From Nitrosopumilus sp. (lineage in GTDB: Archaea > Thermoproteota > Nitrososphaeria > Nitrososphaerales > Nitrosopumilaceae), in the NCBI GenBank assembly GCA_965207445.1, contig CBDBLX010000002.1:192001-256000 (forward strand): DNA of 64,000 nucleotides, in the 5' to 3' direction. Below, piece by piece: positions 40,123 through 49,928 of the stretch; position 1 is the first letter of the stretch; each line of letters starts with the position of its first letter. A program made the position numbers and the translations under genes. The notes under the pieces were generated by a model that did not search any database, was not told the DNA's origin, and saw only the letters and a program-made list of their open reading frames with translations.

Positions 40123-41601
40123 TTAGGAATCTGCATACATTGAGATCTCCCATGGTGTAGGAGTTTGAGCAAATGATGAGTATTCTTTGGTTTTAAGATC
40201 AGTATACACATCAAGAAAATCTTTGGTAAATACATCAATCAAAAACTTATTGTCGCTTTGTAGTGCTTCAATTGCTCCTTTGAGTGATGTTGGCAACGAT
40301 CCAACATTATACTCGCGTCTTTTCTCTGGTGTGAGTTGATATACATTTTCTGCAATTGGATCGCCAGGGTCTAGTCTTCTTTTTATGCCATCAAGTCCAG
40401 CTAGTAAGAGTGCTGACTCTAACAAGTATATGTTAGCAGTCGGATCTGGAACTCTGTACTCTATTCTTTTACTTTCTTCTTGATGTTTTGTGTACATTGG
40501 AACTCTGACTGCAGCAGACCTATTGCCAAATCCCCAGCAGACATTAATCGGGGCCTCGTATCCTGGAATGAGTCGTTTATACGAGTTTGTAGTGGGGTTT
40601 GTAATTGCGCACAATGCAGATGCATGGTCTAGTATTCCACCCACATAATATCTGCCTGCTTGACTCAATTGTGCGATTGTATCATTCTCATCATACATTA
40701 CATTTGTATTCTTATTCCAGAGACTCTGGTGCACATGCATTGCAGATGCATTATCACCTACTATTGGCTTTGGCATAAATGTCGCTACTTTATTTTTACG
40801 TCGCGCCTTTACCTTTACAAAATTCTTTATCGTAACTACAGTATCTGCCATTTTAATCATTTCCCCATATTTGAGGTTGATCTCACATTGCCCTGATGTT
40901 GCAACTTCGTGGTGCTCTGCCTCTATTTTGATACCAAATGATTTGTATAATTCATGGCAGACATCTTTACGAAAACCATCTAGTGTATCCTTTGGCTGTG
41001 CTGGATAATATCCTTCTCGAACCTCAATTGCAGTACTAACATTACCCTTTGACCATGGTGACTCTTTTGATTCGATCGAGTATCCTGACCCGACACCAGA
41101 GTGTATTGCAGCGTACGGGGATGGGTATACACTAATCCCATCAAATACGAAAAATTCTATCTCTGGTCCCCAACTAGTATGAGAAAATCCAAACTCTGAG
41201 ATTTTCTTTGATGCTTTTTCTGCAATGCCACGAGAATCACGATTGTATCTGGCATCGGGGCTGGTACTTCCATCATATAGATCACATATTATGCGAGCAT
41301 TTTTTCTTCCACTCAGATCATAATCTTCTGGAAGAATTTGAAACGTACTGGGATCAGGTAGCATAACCATATCTGAGTCATTGACTGTCTTAAAGCCCAA
41401 GATGGAACTTCCATCTAGTTTCTCTAGACCATTTACAAAACTATCTTGATTTATTGCATAGTGTGGCATTCCTACCTTGTGCAGTTCACCAAATACGTCT
41501 ACAAACCAAAAATCAATAAAAGAGATCGATTTTTTCTTAATTATATCTAATACCTGCTCTGCATTCATAGAGCTATATCCATTACTCACAAATATACTCA
41601 A
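40123..41601 (-). CDS. glnA: Glutamine synthetase type I
   Basis: DGSS, GPEIEFF, HHEVA, TFMPKP, NSYKRL, RIEYRVPD; the true start may be the MNAEQ ATG. Confidence 0.96.
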   Translation of the reverse strand: MSIFVSNGYSSMNAEQVLDIIKKKSISFIDFWFVDVFGELHKVGMPHYAINQDSFVNGLEKLDGSSILGFKTVNDSDMVMLPDPSTFQILPEDYDLSGRKNARIICDLYDGSTSPDARYNRDSRGIAEKASKKISEFGFSHTSWGPEIEFFVFDGISVYPSPYAAIHSGVGSGYSIESKESPWSKGNVSTAIEVREGYYPAQPKDTLDGFRKDVCHELYKSFGIKIEAEHHEVATSGQCEINLKYGEMIKMADTVVTIKNFVKVKARRKNKVATFMPKPIVGDNASAMHVHQSLWNKNTNVMYDENDTIAQLSQAGRYYVGGILDHASALCAITNPTTNSYKRLIPGYEAPINVCWGFGNRSAAVRVPMYTKHQEESKRIEYRVPDPTANIYLLESALLLAGLDGIKRRLDPGDPIAENVYQLTPEKRREYNVGSLPTSLKGAIEALQSDNKFLIDVFTKDFLDVYTDLKTKEYSSFAQTPTPWEISMYADS

Positions 41602-41765
41602 AAAATAACCATTAATAATACTACGGCGCAGTCATTATAATTTGATATATATATTAAATACATGTTTGTTAGAATATTTATGTATTTATATATATTTATA
41701 TACATATTTTATACCGCCTTTAGTTTGTTGCCACAAATGCATGGCAACAACAACAACAAAAAAAA

Positions 41766-41918
41766 TTAAAAATAGCGAGCTTGTGAGTGATGTACAACCA
41801 ATGCTGCTGTAGAGTGTTCTGGTACGATCTGACCTGACTCTGTGAGAGTCATTACATCTGGTGTATCACCCTCAAATCCTAACAATCCCTGCACCATCTT
41901 GTGTTGTATATCAGTCAT
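41766..41918 (-). pseudogene. metH: Orphan C-terminal fragment of cobalamin-dependent methionine synthase
   Basis: MTLTESGQIVPEHSTAALVVHHSQARYF* matches the end of the MetH reactivation domain. Confidence 0.7.
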
Positions 41919-42006
41919 AAATCTTGGTTCATACCGTTAAATTATTCAAGTGTTTGATCAAATTTTTTAAACCAAAATTATCATAGTATATAATTATAAA
42001 AATTTA

Positions 42007-42050
42007 AGTGTCCACTTCAAAAAGCAAAATAGTTACAAAAGTGGGGGGGG
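42007..42050. repeat. Repeat family C, copy 2
   Basis: AGTGTCCACTTCAAAAAGCAAAATAGTTACAAAAGTGGGGGGGG. Confidence 0.7.
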
Positions 42051-42626
42051 TTACTGTATACCTCTGCTGTGTTTTATTTTAGAAACCAATTCATTTTTTT
42101 GTATGGTGTCGCCGGAGTATTGGTTTGTCGCGACGTTGCTGACGCTTAAGTCAAAAACTCCTTGCTTTTGCCCAATTACGAAATGATGGCCTTTGTAGGT
42201 GTATCCGTCGGAAATGTCGCTGATAAGAACTATTACTCTGTTGCCCTCCACGAAACTAGGGGCAAAATCCGTAGTCATTATCATCGTTTCGGTTTCTCCA
42301 CCCAGCATTCTTACTGAGATCTGGCTACCATTATAATTTCCCAAGAGATCTTCTTCGACGTTTATTATAATGTCCGTATACACCCGATCTCCATCAGACT
42401 CTTTTGGCATGTCTACTCTGATAGACGTGGTTTCTTTCACGGTTCCAACAATTACATATTCGGCCTTTTGTGTAAGTTCGTTCAGCGTGTGTTCATAGAT
42501 TGCCGCACTTACATGGGCATTCATTTGCTGATCCTCGTACATGGCAAGACTGCCAATAGTCAAGACGGCCGCTACAACGCAAGGAATTATGACGCGTTTC
42601 TTACTCATGTTCATACACCTACGCAT
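42051..42626 (-). CDS. Secreted/membrane-anchored partner protein
   Basis: N-terminal TM; LNELTQKAEYVIVGTV...GG...F..G motif; overlaps the metalloprotease stop. Confidence 0.72.
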   Translation of the reverse strand: MRRCMNMSKKRVIIPCVVAAVLTIGSLAMYEDQQMNAHVSAAIYEHTLNELTQKAEYVIVGTVKETTSIRVDMPKESDGDRVYTDIIINVEEDLLGNYNGSQISVRMLGGETETMIMTTDFAPSFVEGNRVIVLISDISDGYTYKGHHFVIGQKQGVFDLSVSNVATNQYSGDTIQKNELVSKIKHSRGIQ

Positions 42627-43239
42627 ACCTAATGTCTATTGTGGTGTCATCGACAGGTTGTAAGCTTGACATGACTGCATTGCATATCGGATGCATTACT
42701 GAGTTGGGTGGGTTGTGGTTGTGGTGTTTAAGGCCAATGCTGTGACCCATTTCATGATTCATAATCCACTCTATGTCAATATCGCCCAGCGTACACTTAT
42801 TGCTGTCCCCGCCCCATCCTTCATCGGAGTCAAATCTGATTTCAGACTGGGCCATTCTGGTACCGATCTTATAAGAAATTTCATACGCTAGGATCCCTCC
42901 GGCTCCGTCTTGCGATTCAGACTGCACGTCAATGTGGTTGTTATAACAACTAAACCAACCATGCTCGTTAATCGTTACTCCGTTCATTTCGCCATTGTAT
43001 GTACTGCGCGATTTTTCCATTTCATCGATTACGTCATCACCGTTTCCGGTAGAGTCATTGAAATCTAGATCATCCAACGAGGATTCACTGTAACACATGT
43101 CAGTATCGGAGTGCCAGTAAGTCTTCCACGGTTCCTGCATCGGATGCAACATATGGAAATGTAACAGGACTGAAACACGGCAAATATGGCCGCAATTGTT
43201 GTTATTGTTTTTGCGTTTTTCATAGTCATTACACACCAT
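42619..43239 (-). CDS. Matrixin/metzincin zinc metalloprotease (signal peptide out of frame; possible pseudogene)
   Basis: HEMGHSIGLKH plus SVM Met-turn; the signal-like MKNAKTITTIAAIFAVF lies in another frame. Confidence 0.75.
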   Translation of the reverse strand: MVCNDYEKRKNNNNNCGHICRVSVLLHFHMLHPMQEPWKTYWHSDTDMCYSESSLDDLDFNDSTGNGDDVIDEMEKSRSTYNGEMNGVTINEHGWFSCYNNHIDVQSESQDGAGGILAYEISYKIGTRMAQSEIRFDSDEGWGGDSNKCTLGDIDIEWIMNHEMGHSIGLKHHNHNPPNSVMHPICNAVMSSLQPVDDTTIDIRYA

Positions 43240-43364
43240 TGCATTCCTGCGTTATATAAGGAGGTCAACTTAGATCTGGGATGCCTTTCGGATCTCTTGC
43301 ATTAACTGTCGGTAACCGTGTGTTGTTCCGGTTTCGCCAAGATGCATCCTCATACAGATTTCAA

Positions 43365-43800
43365 CTTAATTATGCAGTGCGACAGATTTACAATGACAAG
43401 TAACTACCATGTTTTAATTCCCATCAAAGCAGTCTTTTGATCAATCCGGCAATTGAACAGAAACGCATCCATTGTGAATAATTTTCCACCTGCAAGTCCG
43501 TCGTAATTTTCGTACCTTGCCATTACCCATAAACCATATAATAACATTCCAAAAAATATCAACAGTAATCAAAACTGCACGGCGTTGCTAGTTCTTTGGA
43601 GTCGTGTTTTTTATCACTATATATCCCATCTCTATTATCTGACGCCTGCGACAAGTCTCTGGGATGGTTTTGATGAGTTTACTTTTGCTAGTGATTTTCA
43701 TATTTGTGGCAAATGCTACATACTGATCAATTATTTCATCAGTTTTTTGGGCATTGTTTTTTTCTTGACGGCAAGTAGAGTGAACTTTACTGCTTTTTTG
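43365..43800 (-). pseudogene. ISH3-like transposase 3' relic
   Basis: Colinear with 5570-5861 joined to 7740-7880; cut off by MITE A. Confidence 0.82.
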
Positions 43801-43949
43801 GTATGAACCACGCTCTTTGGTCACAATAATAAAATCACATATCTATATTTGGTCACATTATTATATACATATTAAATATCGTGTATACACTACATTTAAC
43901 TAGGAGTTATTTTTGAATGATCATATTAGTCATGGAGCTTGGTTCACAC
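43801..43949. mobile_element. MITE family A, copy 3
   Basis: GTATGAACCACGCTC...GAGCTTGGTTCACAC. Confidence 0.82.
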
Positions 43950-44077
43950 ATTTCATCAAATGTTTTTTGTGCGATATCTTTTATGTGCATATGGAAAGTG
44001 ATGTATATGTAGACAGTTAATGTGACACGTATAATTTTTTATCATAAAAATCTCGAGATCACTATTCATCTGTACTG

Positions 44078-45445
44078 TTAGTTTGCTGCCACGAACTCTT
44101 TTTGTTTTGCAGTTTTTATCTGCTCTAGTTCATCTTCAAAAAAGAACTTTGCACCTTCAATAGGTTTTAGATCATCGAGCCATATTGCATTCTCATCATA
44201 TTTGGCAAAAAATGGTGTGTGAATCCAATCCGGATTTCTGCCTTGCAAAAATTTCAACATTATCATTTTTTGACCGCCAATAGTTGGTATACCTGCTACA
44301 TGGACTTTGCCTGGTGTTGCTGACATGCTAGGACCACGAACCGTCCTTGCAAGACCACTTACAGTAGAGTATGCTTTGCTAAATATTTCATATGCTTTTA
44401 CAAGAGATACTCCAAAGTAGTGCTGGGCGCCTGTATCCCTTACTACAAACATGTAATATGGAATGCACCCCATCTTGACTTGTTTTTCCCACATACGTCC
44501 CCACATGTTAGCATCGTCATTTATGTGCGTTAGTAGTGGTGATTGTGTTCTTATCTGGGCGCCTGTGGCTCGTACTCTATCTATTGCTAATTTTACTGCG
44601 CTAGTTGACATTTCATTTATGTGGTTGAAATGTGACATTATTGCCAAGTGCAGGCCACTATCTGTAATACGCTTGAATGTCTCTAACATCTCTTCTGCAT
44701 CAGAATCTGTTGTAAACTTGTAAGGCCAATATGCAAGTGCCTTTGTCCCTATTCTGATGGTTTTGAGGTTTGGTAACTTGGATTCTATAATAGTGTCTGC
44801 ATATTTTGCAAACATCTTTGCCTTCATTATCATGGGATCTCCTCCAGTAAACAAAATATCTGTAATTTCTGGATGCTCTGATACATACTGCGCTAATTGC
44901 TCTCCCTCTTTCATTGCAAACTTCATCTCATCCATACCGACAAATTGTGGCCACCTGAAACAAAAACTACAGTATGCGTGGCACGTCTGACTCTGACTTG
45001 GGAAGAATAGACATGTCTCTTTGTATTTATGTTGCATGCCATACAGTTTGGTTCCATCCTTTAATGTGGGAACGTTAAGTTCCATCTGCCCTGCAGGATG
45101 TGGGTTGAGTTGCAGGCGTATCTCATTTGCCACTTTTGCAATCTCGTCTTTATCTGCATTTTTGTTTAGTGTAGATTCCATTTTTTTATAATGTTCCGGT
45201 TTTAGCATTCCTCTTTGTGGAAATGTTAATACAAACATTGGGTCATTTGGCATATTGGTCCAATCTATGAGCTGTTCAACTACATAATTGTTGGCCTTGA
45301 ATGGTAGTACATTTCCTACCACTTCCATCTCTTGTTTCATCTGCTCTGGTAAATCCTCCATCTGTGGAAGTTTTCTAAAGTTAGTTAGTGTGTATGACTT
45401 GAGAGATGGAGCATTATCATCCCATACAGCTTCTTGAAGCGCCAT
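44078..45445 (-). CDS. KamA-family radical SAM enzyme (lysine 2,3-aminomutase-like)
   Basis: CHAYCSFCFR, FTGGDP, IRIGTK, PYYMF. Confidence 0.9.
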   Translation of the reverse strand: MALQEAVWDDNAPSLKSYTLTNFRKLPQMEDLPEQMKQEMEVVGNVLPFKANNYVVEQLIDWTNMPNDPMFVLTFPQRGMLKPEHYKKMESTLNKNADKDEIAKVANEIRLQLNPHPAGQMELNVPTLKDGTKLYGMQHKYKETCLFFPSQSQTCHAYCSFCFRWPQFVGMDEMKFAMKEGEQLAQYVSEHPEITDILFTGGDPMIMKAKMFAKYADTIIESKLPNLKTIRIGTKALAYWPYKFTTDSDAEEMLETFKRITDSGLHLAIMSHFNHINEMSTSAVKLAIDRVRATGAQIRTQSPLLTHINDDANMWGRMWEKQVKMGCIPYYMFVVRDTGAQHYFGVSLVKAYEIFSKAYSTVSGLARTVRGPSMSATPGKVHVAGIPTIGGQKMIMLKFLQGRNPDWIHTPFFAKYDENAIWLDDLKPIEGAKFFFEDELEQIKTAKQKEFVAAN

Positions 45446-45590
45446 TATAATACATGATGTGAACCGTTTGTTAAGTCTTTGGTTTACCTATAACCATTGT
45501 TTTGTAAATATTAGATAATAGCTTGGTTCAGTCTTTAATCTTCACTTTGTTTATTTATACATCATGCACAAATTTTCATATCCCCACAGA

Positions 45591-46088
45591 TCAAACTCCA
45601 GCATCAAGTAGAGCTGCGAAGAACAGTATTGCAACTGATATCACAACTGTAAGCTCGCCCAATATTATGATCTTTTTTCTTAGTCGCTGTATCTCTGTTG
45701 TTTTCATGGCCCCTGACATGATTTTTTCCTCTACATTCTTTGAGATGATCTTTACATGAAGTGCATATGTTATAATCAAGGCTATCACAAGTGATATCTT
45801 TATTACAAGAAATGTACCATAACTAGTAGCTGCTAAAAGATCTGGCCTACTTAATAATGCATGAGATGTGTACAGTCCGGTTGCCACAAGTATTGCAAGT
45901 GAGGGAACTGCAATTAGGTTGAACCTTCTTCCTACACGTATCATTATTTTCATTCTCTCTTCTACAGAGTCTGACATTGTCTTTAGAAGTGGTGAGAACA
46001 CTATACCGATGAATAGTGAGCCTCCGACCCAAATTGCAGCAGATACAAGATGCACCCATGTGATGATGGCTTGTTCTAGTGCTGACAT
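45591..46088 (-). CDS. CopD-family membrane protein
   Basis: WVHLVSAAIWVGG, YG..LVIK; four TMs. Confidence 0.85.
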   Translation of the reverse strand: MSALEQAIITWVHLVSAAIWVGGSLFIGIVFSPLLKTMSDSVEERMKIMIRVGRRFNLIAVPSLAILVATGLYTSHALLSRPDLLAATSYGTFLVIKISLVIALIITYALHVKIISKNVEEKIMSGAMKTTEIQRLRKKIIILGELTVVISVAILFFAALLDAGV

Positions 46089-46191
46089 GTCACAATGCTG
46101 TTTGGGGGTCTTATCTATTAGTGGTTATCTTTTTTTTGTGACAAGGGGATTACTTGAAACCTTTTTTAGACGCGTAAGGGTTTGTAGCATA

Positions 46192-46692
46192 ATGGAACTT
46201 CAAAGCAAGACTACTGTCTATATTGCCATTGGTGGCGTTTTGGCGCTGATGGGTGGTATTGTATATTATGCAAGCTTGGATAATGTATCATTGGAACAAG
46301 CAGAGATTGAGCTTGGCTCTATCGAACTGCGAGATATCAATACAGTGACGAATCAAGCAAAGTTCACAGTAGCGTTTGTTGTATCTAATCCTAGTGAAAA
46401 GACATTCACAGTGGCAAGTATTGGATATGAATTGTATGGCGATGCGGTATTATTGGGATCAGGACAGTACTCTGTAATTGACATTGCATTGCCTGGCAGA
46501 GCCGTATTTTATCCTGGTGCTGCTATACCACTTGAGAGTACGTTTGTGCTTGATAAGAGTTCTGTTGACAGTCACATCTATGAGGCAATGATAAATGGTC
46601 AAATTTCTGACTTTGCAGTAGAAGGTATCTTGACTACACAGACATCATGGAGTACTATTGATAAAGAGTTCAGAATTAATTCTATTACATGA
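46192..46692 (+). CDS. LEA14/WHy-like membrane-anchored protein
   Basis: ATG at 46192; TM followed by VSNPSEK. Confidence 0.75.
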   Translation: MELQSKTTVYIAIGGVLALMGGIVYYASLDNVSLEQAEIELGSIELRDINTVTNQAKFTVAFVVSNPSEKTFTVASIGYELYGDAVLLGSGQYSVIDIALPGRAVFYPGAAIPLESTFVLDKSSVDSHIYEAMINGQISDFAVEGILTTQTSWSTIDKEFRINSIT

Positions 46693-46982
46693 TATATTGT
46701 ATCAATTATGATTTATCAAAATACACACAACTATTTACAAACTATAACAAAATAGAATGATTAGAAAATTTAACATTAAAATTTACTGGTATTGTGTAGA
46801 TGCCACTTTATTTGAATTTTTATATTTTTAAATTCATTTTAACTAAATCCATTATAATTAGATTAATTATTTATATTTTTAAAAAAATATATTTTAAATG
46901 AAATCGCCGCTTAACATCTGGATTATAATTTTACCAAATTATCTTTAATTATAATTTGAGTGTAGTTTGATAAAACATCATA

Positions 46983-47040
46983 GAACCAGTTCAACCTCTT
47001 TCCAAATTTAGGCAGGTAAACGGGGGTGTTGAACGGTTAC
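46983..47040. mobile_element. Internally deleted MITE family B
   Basis: GAACCAGTTCAACC...GTTGAACGGTTAC with perfect 9-bp TSD AACATCATA. Confidence 0.85.
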
Positions 47041-47135
47041 AACATCATAGTATAAACAACCATTACTGGTCGTTATTTTTTAACATTGACAAACAAACAC
47101 ACAATAAAAATATAACAAATGTAGCATAATGAATA

Positions 47136-49901
47136 ATGGCAAAGACAAGAAAGACTGGTATTGCAGAGTCGACTACAAACACTACAACAAAGCGACCTCA
47201 TCCAAAAAAGGATCCTAATGAGCCAACAGTAGTAAACTCCAAACGGCTATGCATGAATCGATTCCAAGAGTGGTGGTCTACAGATGAATTATCTGCAATA
47301 ATATCACAGATCAACCCTGATATCATAATGATGTTTTCAGAGGACAATGAGGAAGTATTTAACTCTGAACGACTCTCTGAGATATTATATGATACTGTAG
47401 GTAGTCGTTTTTTGAGAAATATTGAAAATGATACTATGAAACGTAGACTGTTTTTAGACTTGGTACTTGCAACGGTGACTACAAAAAATATTATAGATCC
47501 TGATGTTATTGTAGAGGCTGCAAGAAACAATGCGCGCAAGTCTAGAAAAGATACTATAAATAAAATATCAGACATCTCCAATGCAGAGATAACCAACAGT
47601 TTAGGTCTGGCGCTTGCAAGCGTGTTGGGACTCCCACCTTCTGCTGCAGAAAAAGAACATGTAGAGACACTTCCGGACACTGAGGTGATTATCCCACATA
47701 CGCCACTCAATCCATTATATGATTACCAATTTACAACAGGAATTAAAGTGCGGCAGATGTTAGAGGGCACATTTGTTGAGCATGGAAAAGAGATAAAACG
47801 AAGAATGATCTCTGTTCCTACTGGTGCAGGCAAGACTCGTATGATCGTTGAGACCATAATAGAGTGGCTCAATGACGGTAAGCCTTCAAAAAATACACAA
47901 CAACGTGACTCTAGATTTGTACTCTGGATCGCACAATCAAATGAACTCTGTGAACAGGCATTTAGTACATTTAAGACCGTATTTGAGGATGCAGGCAGAC
48001 GTGGAACTACACTTCATATGCATAGATTCTGGGGTATAGGGGGAGCATTACCAACATTGGGTATGGATGATCTCCTTGATGAAAAGGGTATCATTGTTGC
48101 TACGATACACTCACTTTTCAAAATACTAGATGAGCCAGAGCAGCTTGAGACACTTGGTAAATTAACCTCATGTATTATTATAGATGAGGCTCATCATGCT
48201 GTTGCATCTTCTTATTCAGATGTACTCCGACACATGGGCTTTAACTGGGACAATAGAAAGATTGAGATCTCTGAGTGGGGTATAATACTCATAGGACTTA
48301 CTGCTACGCCATTTAGAGGTAAAGGTACTGGGGTTGATACTGACAGACTCAAAAGGCGTATGGGTGGTACGTATTTTCCTACCATTCCGTACTCTGAGGA
48401 GTTGAGGCGATACAAGCCACATGCAATAGTGGATTGTCAGGTTATGGCGTATTCCAAGGATCCTATTAAAATTCTTGGTGAGAGCTCGTATGATCGGGAT
48501 GGTCATATTGCAGATGAAGATTTCCATTGGGTACTCACACGTATATCTTCTATTGATGAGGAGTCAACTGATAATGTGACAGAGGATAATGGAATTTTGG
48601 TGTATGATGATAATGTAGTTGAAAATGTGCCTGAAGAAGATGAAGAAGATGAAGAAGATGAAGATGATGAAGATGATGAAGATGATGATAATGAAAGCGA
48701 AAAAGATGACTCGGAAGACAAAAGCTCTGAGAATAATAAAACAAAGACTGCAACATCTCCCCTTCCCACATGGAAGTATGATGGTCAGAAAAATATTATT
48801 CACACATTTAAAAAACCTGGCATATATGAGGTTGCATTAACTGTTCAGGATAATTTTCGTAATGAATCTACCACAACCACACAGATCAGAGTAGAAGCAA
48901 GACCTGTTCAAACCAAAATGACGCCTGAGGAGCGCCAACAAGATCTATATCACAGACTTATCATGCGAAATATCCTATGTGATGTGTATCACAAGGTGTT
49001 AAAGTCCGGCAGCTACGAATTAAGCGCACAAGATATGAAATACATGTCTACTTTTGGTGAGTTTCGTGGTGATACGCTAAGAGAGTTGGGCCGTGACAGA
49101 AATCGCAATGCAATGATAATTCAAGAGATCTACAAACTACATAAACTTGGCAAACAAAAGATACTGTTCTTTGGATGCAGTTTAGCCCACTCTAGGCAGA
49201 TTGCCATGTTGCTCAAGGTGATATATCACATGAAAGTAAAATTTGTTGACTCAAAGATGGACCTCGATTCTCGTGTTAATGCAATTGAACAATTTCGCTC
49301 AGGTGATCTAGAGGTGTTGTGTAACTTTGATGTTCTGACTACTGGTTTTGATGCGCCCAACATAGATTGTGTCTTTGTGGGACGGCCTGTCAGGAGTACA
49401 TTATTGTATACACAAATGATCGGACGTGGTATGCGCGGCTCTAAGAGTGGTGGGACTGAGAGTATGCTCCTAGTTGACATTGATGATAACTTTCAGCTTC
49501 GGCAAGATTTTGGCTCTACATCAATAGAACTGGGATGGAAGATATTTCGCAACTTTTGGAAAGAGTGGGTTGATCCATATGAAAATGAAGTTGGAATGGA
49601 AGATATAGAGTTTGATATGAAAAGCGCCAGTGAGATGCTTGCAGTAACGCACCAAAATGCACGCGGTGGTGTGATCGAAGATGACCATGATGCTGATGCT
49701 GATGATGATGATGATAAAGACGACAACGACGCAGATGACTTGGTATACTCGTGCCCCAAATGTGGCAAGCAAGCACAAGGAATATCAAACATACAAGAAA
49801 TGTTTGGCATTGTAGGGTCACCAGAATTATTAAAACAATGCCTAGAATCAAATGATCATTCCATGTTACCTAGTGAATGTATGGAGTGCAGAAACAAATA
49901 A
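47136..49901 (+). CDS. SF2 DEAH-box helicase with inserted PKD-like domain and C-terminal Cys4 motif
   Basis: PTGAGKT, DEAHH, TAT, LTTGFDAP, QMIGRGMR; CPKC...CMEC. Confidence 0.88.
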   Translation: MAKTRKTGIAESTTNTTTKRPHPKKDPNEPTVVNSKRLCMNRFQEWWSTDELSAIISQINPDIIMMFSEDNEEVFNSERLSEILYDTVGSRFLRNIENDTMKRRLFLDLVLATVTTKNIIDPDVIVEAARNNARKSRKDTINKISDISNAEITNSLGLALASVLGLPPSAAEKEHVETLPDTEVIIPHTPLNPLYDYQFTTGIKVRQMLEGTFVEHGKEIKRRMISVPTGAGKTRMIVETIIEWLNDGKPSKNTQQRDSRFVLWIAQSNELCEQAFSTFKTVFEDAGRRGTTLHMHRFWGIGGALPTLGMDDLLDEKGIIVATIHSLFKILDEPEQLETLGKLTSCIIIDEAHHAVASSYSDVLRHMGFNWDNRKIEISEWGIILIGLTATPFRGKGTGVDTDRLKRRMGGTYFPTIPYSEELRRYKPHAIVDCQVMAYSKDPIKILGESSYDRDGHIADEDFHWVLTRISSIDEESTDNVTEDNGILVYDDNVVENVPEEDEEDEEDEDDEDDEDDDNESEKDDSEDKSSENNKTKTATSPLPTWKYDGQKNIIHTFKKPGIYEVALTVQDNFRNESTTTTQIRVEARPVQTKMTPEERQQDLYHRLIMRNILCDVYHKVLKSGSYELSAQDMKYMSTFGEFRGDTLRELGRDRNRNAMIIQEIYKLHKLGKQKILFFGCSLAHSRQIAMLLKVIYHMKVKFVDSKMDLDSRVNAIEQFRSGDLEVLCNFDVLTTGFDAPNIDCVFVGRPVRSTLLYTQMIGRGMRGSKSGGTESMLLVDIDDNFQLRQDFGSTSIELGWKIFRNFWKEWVDPYENEVGMEDIEFDMKSASEMLAVTHQNARGGVIEDDHDADADDDDDKDDNDADDLVYSCPKCGKQAQGISNIQEMFGIVGSPELLKQCLESNDHSMLPSECMECRNK

Positions 49902-49928
49902 TATGTGTGCATATATATTATATTCTAG

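Noticed and set aside
44078..45445. KamA radical SAM as part of a novel biosynthetic cluster
   Set aside because: No precursor peptide, acetyltransferase or transporter is linked; neighbours are core genes or IS debris.
48503..48840. Poly-Ser, poly-Ile and Met/Lys ORFs (also 52473-52959, 62020-62381, 21745-21957)
   Set aside because: Alternative-frame readings of trinucleotide repeats inside real genes.
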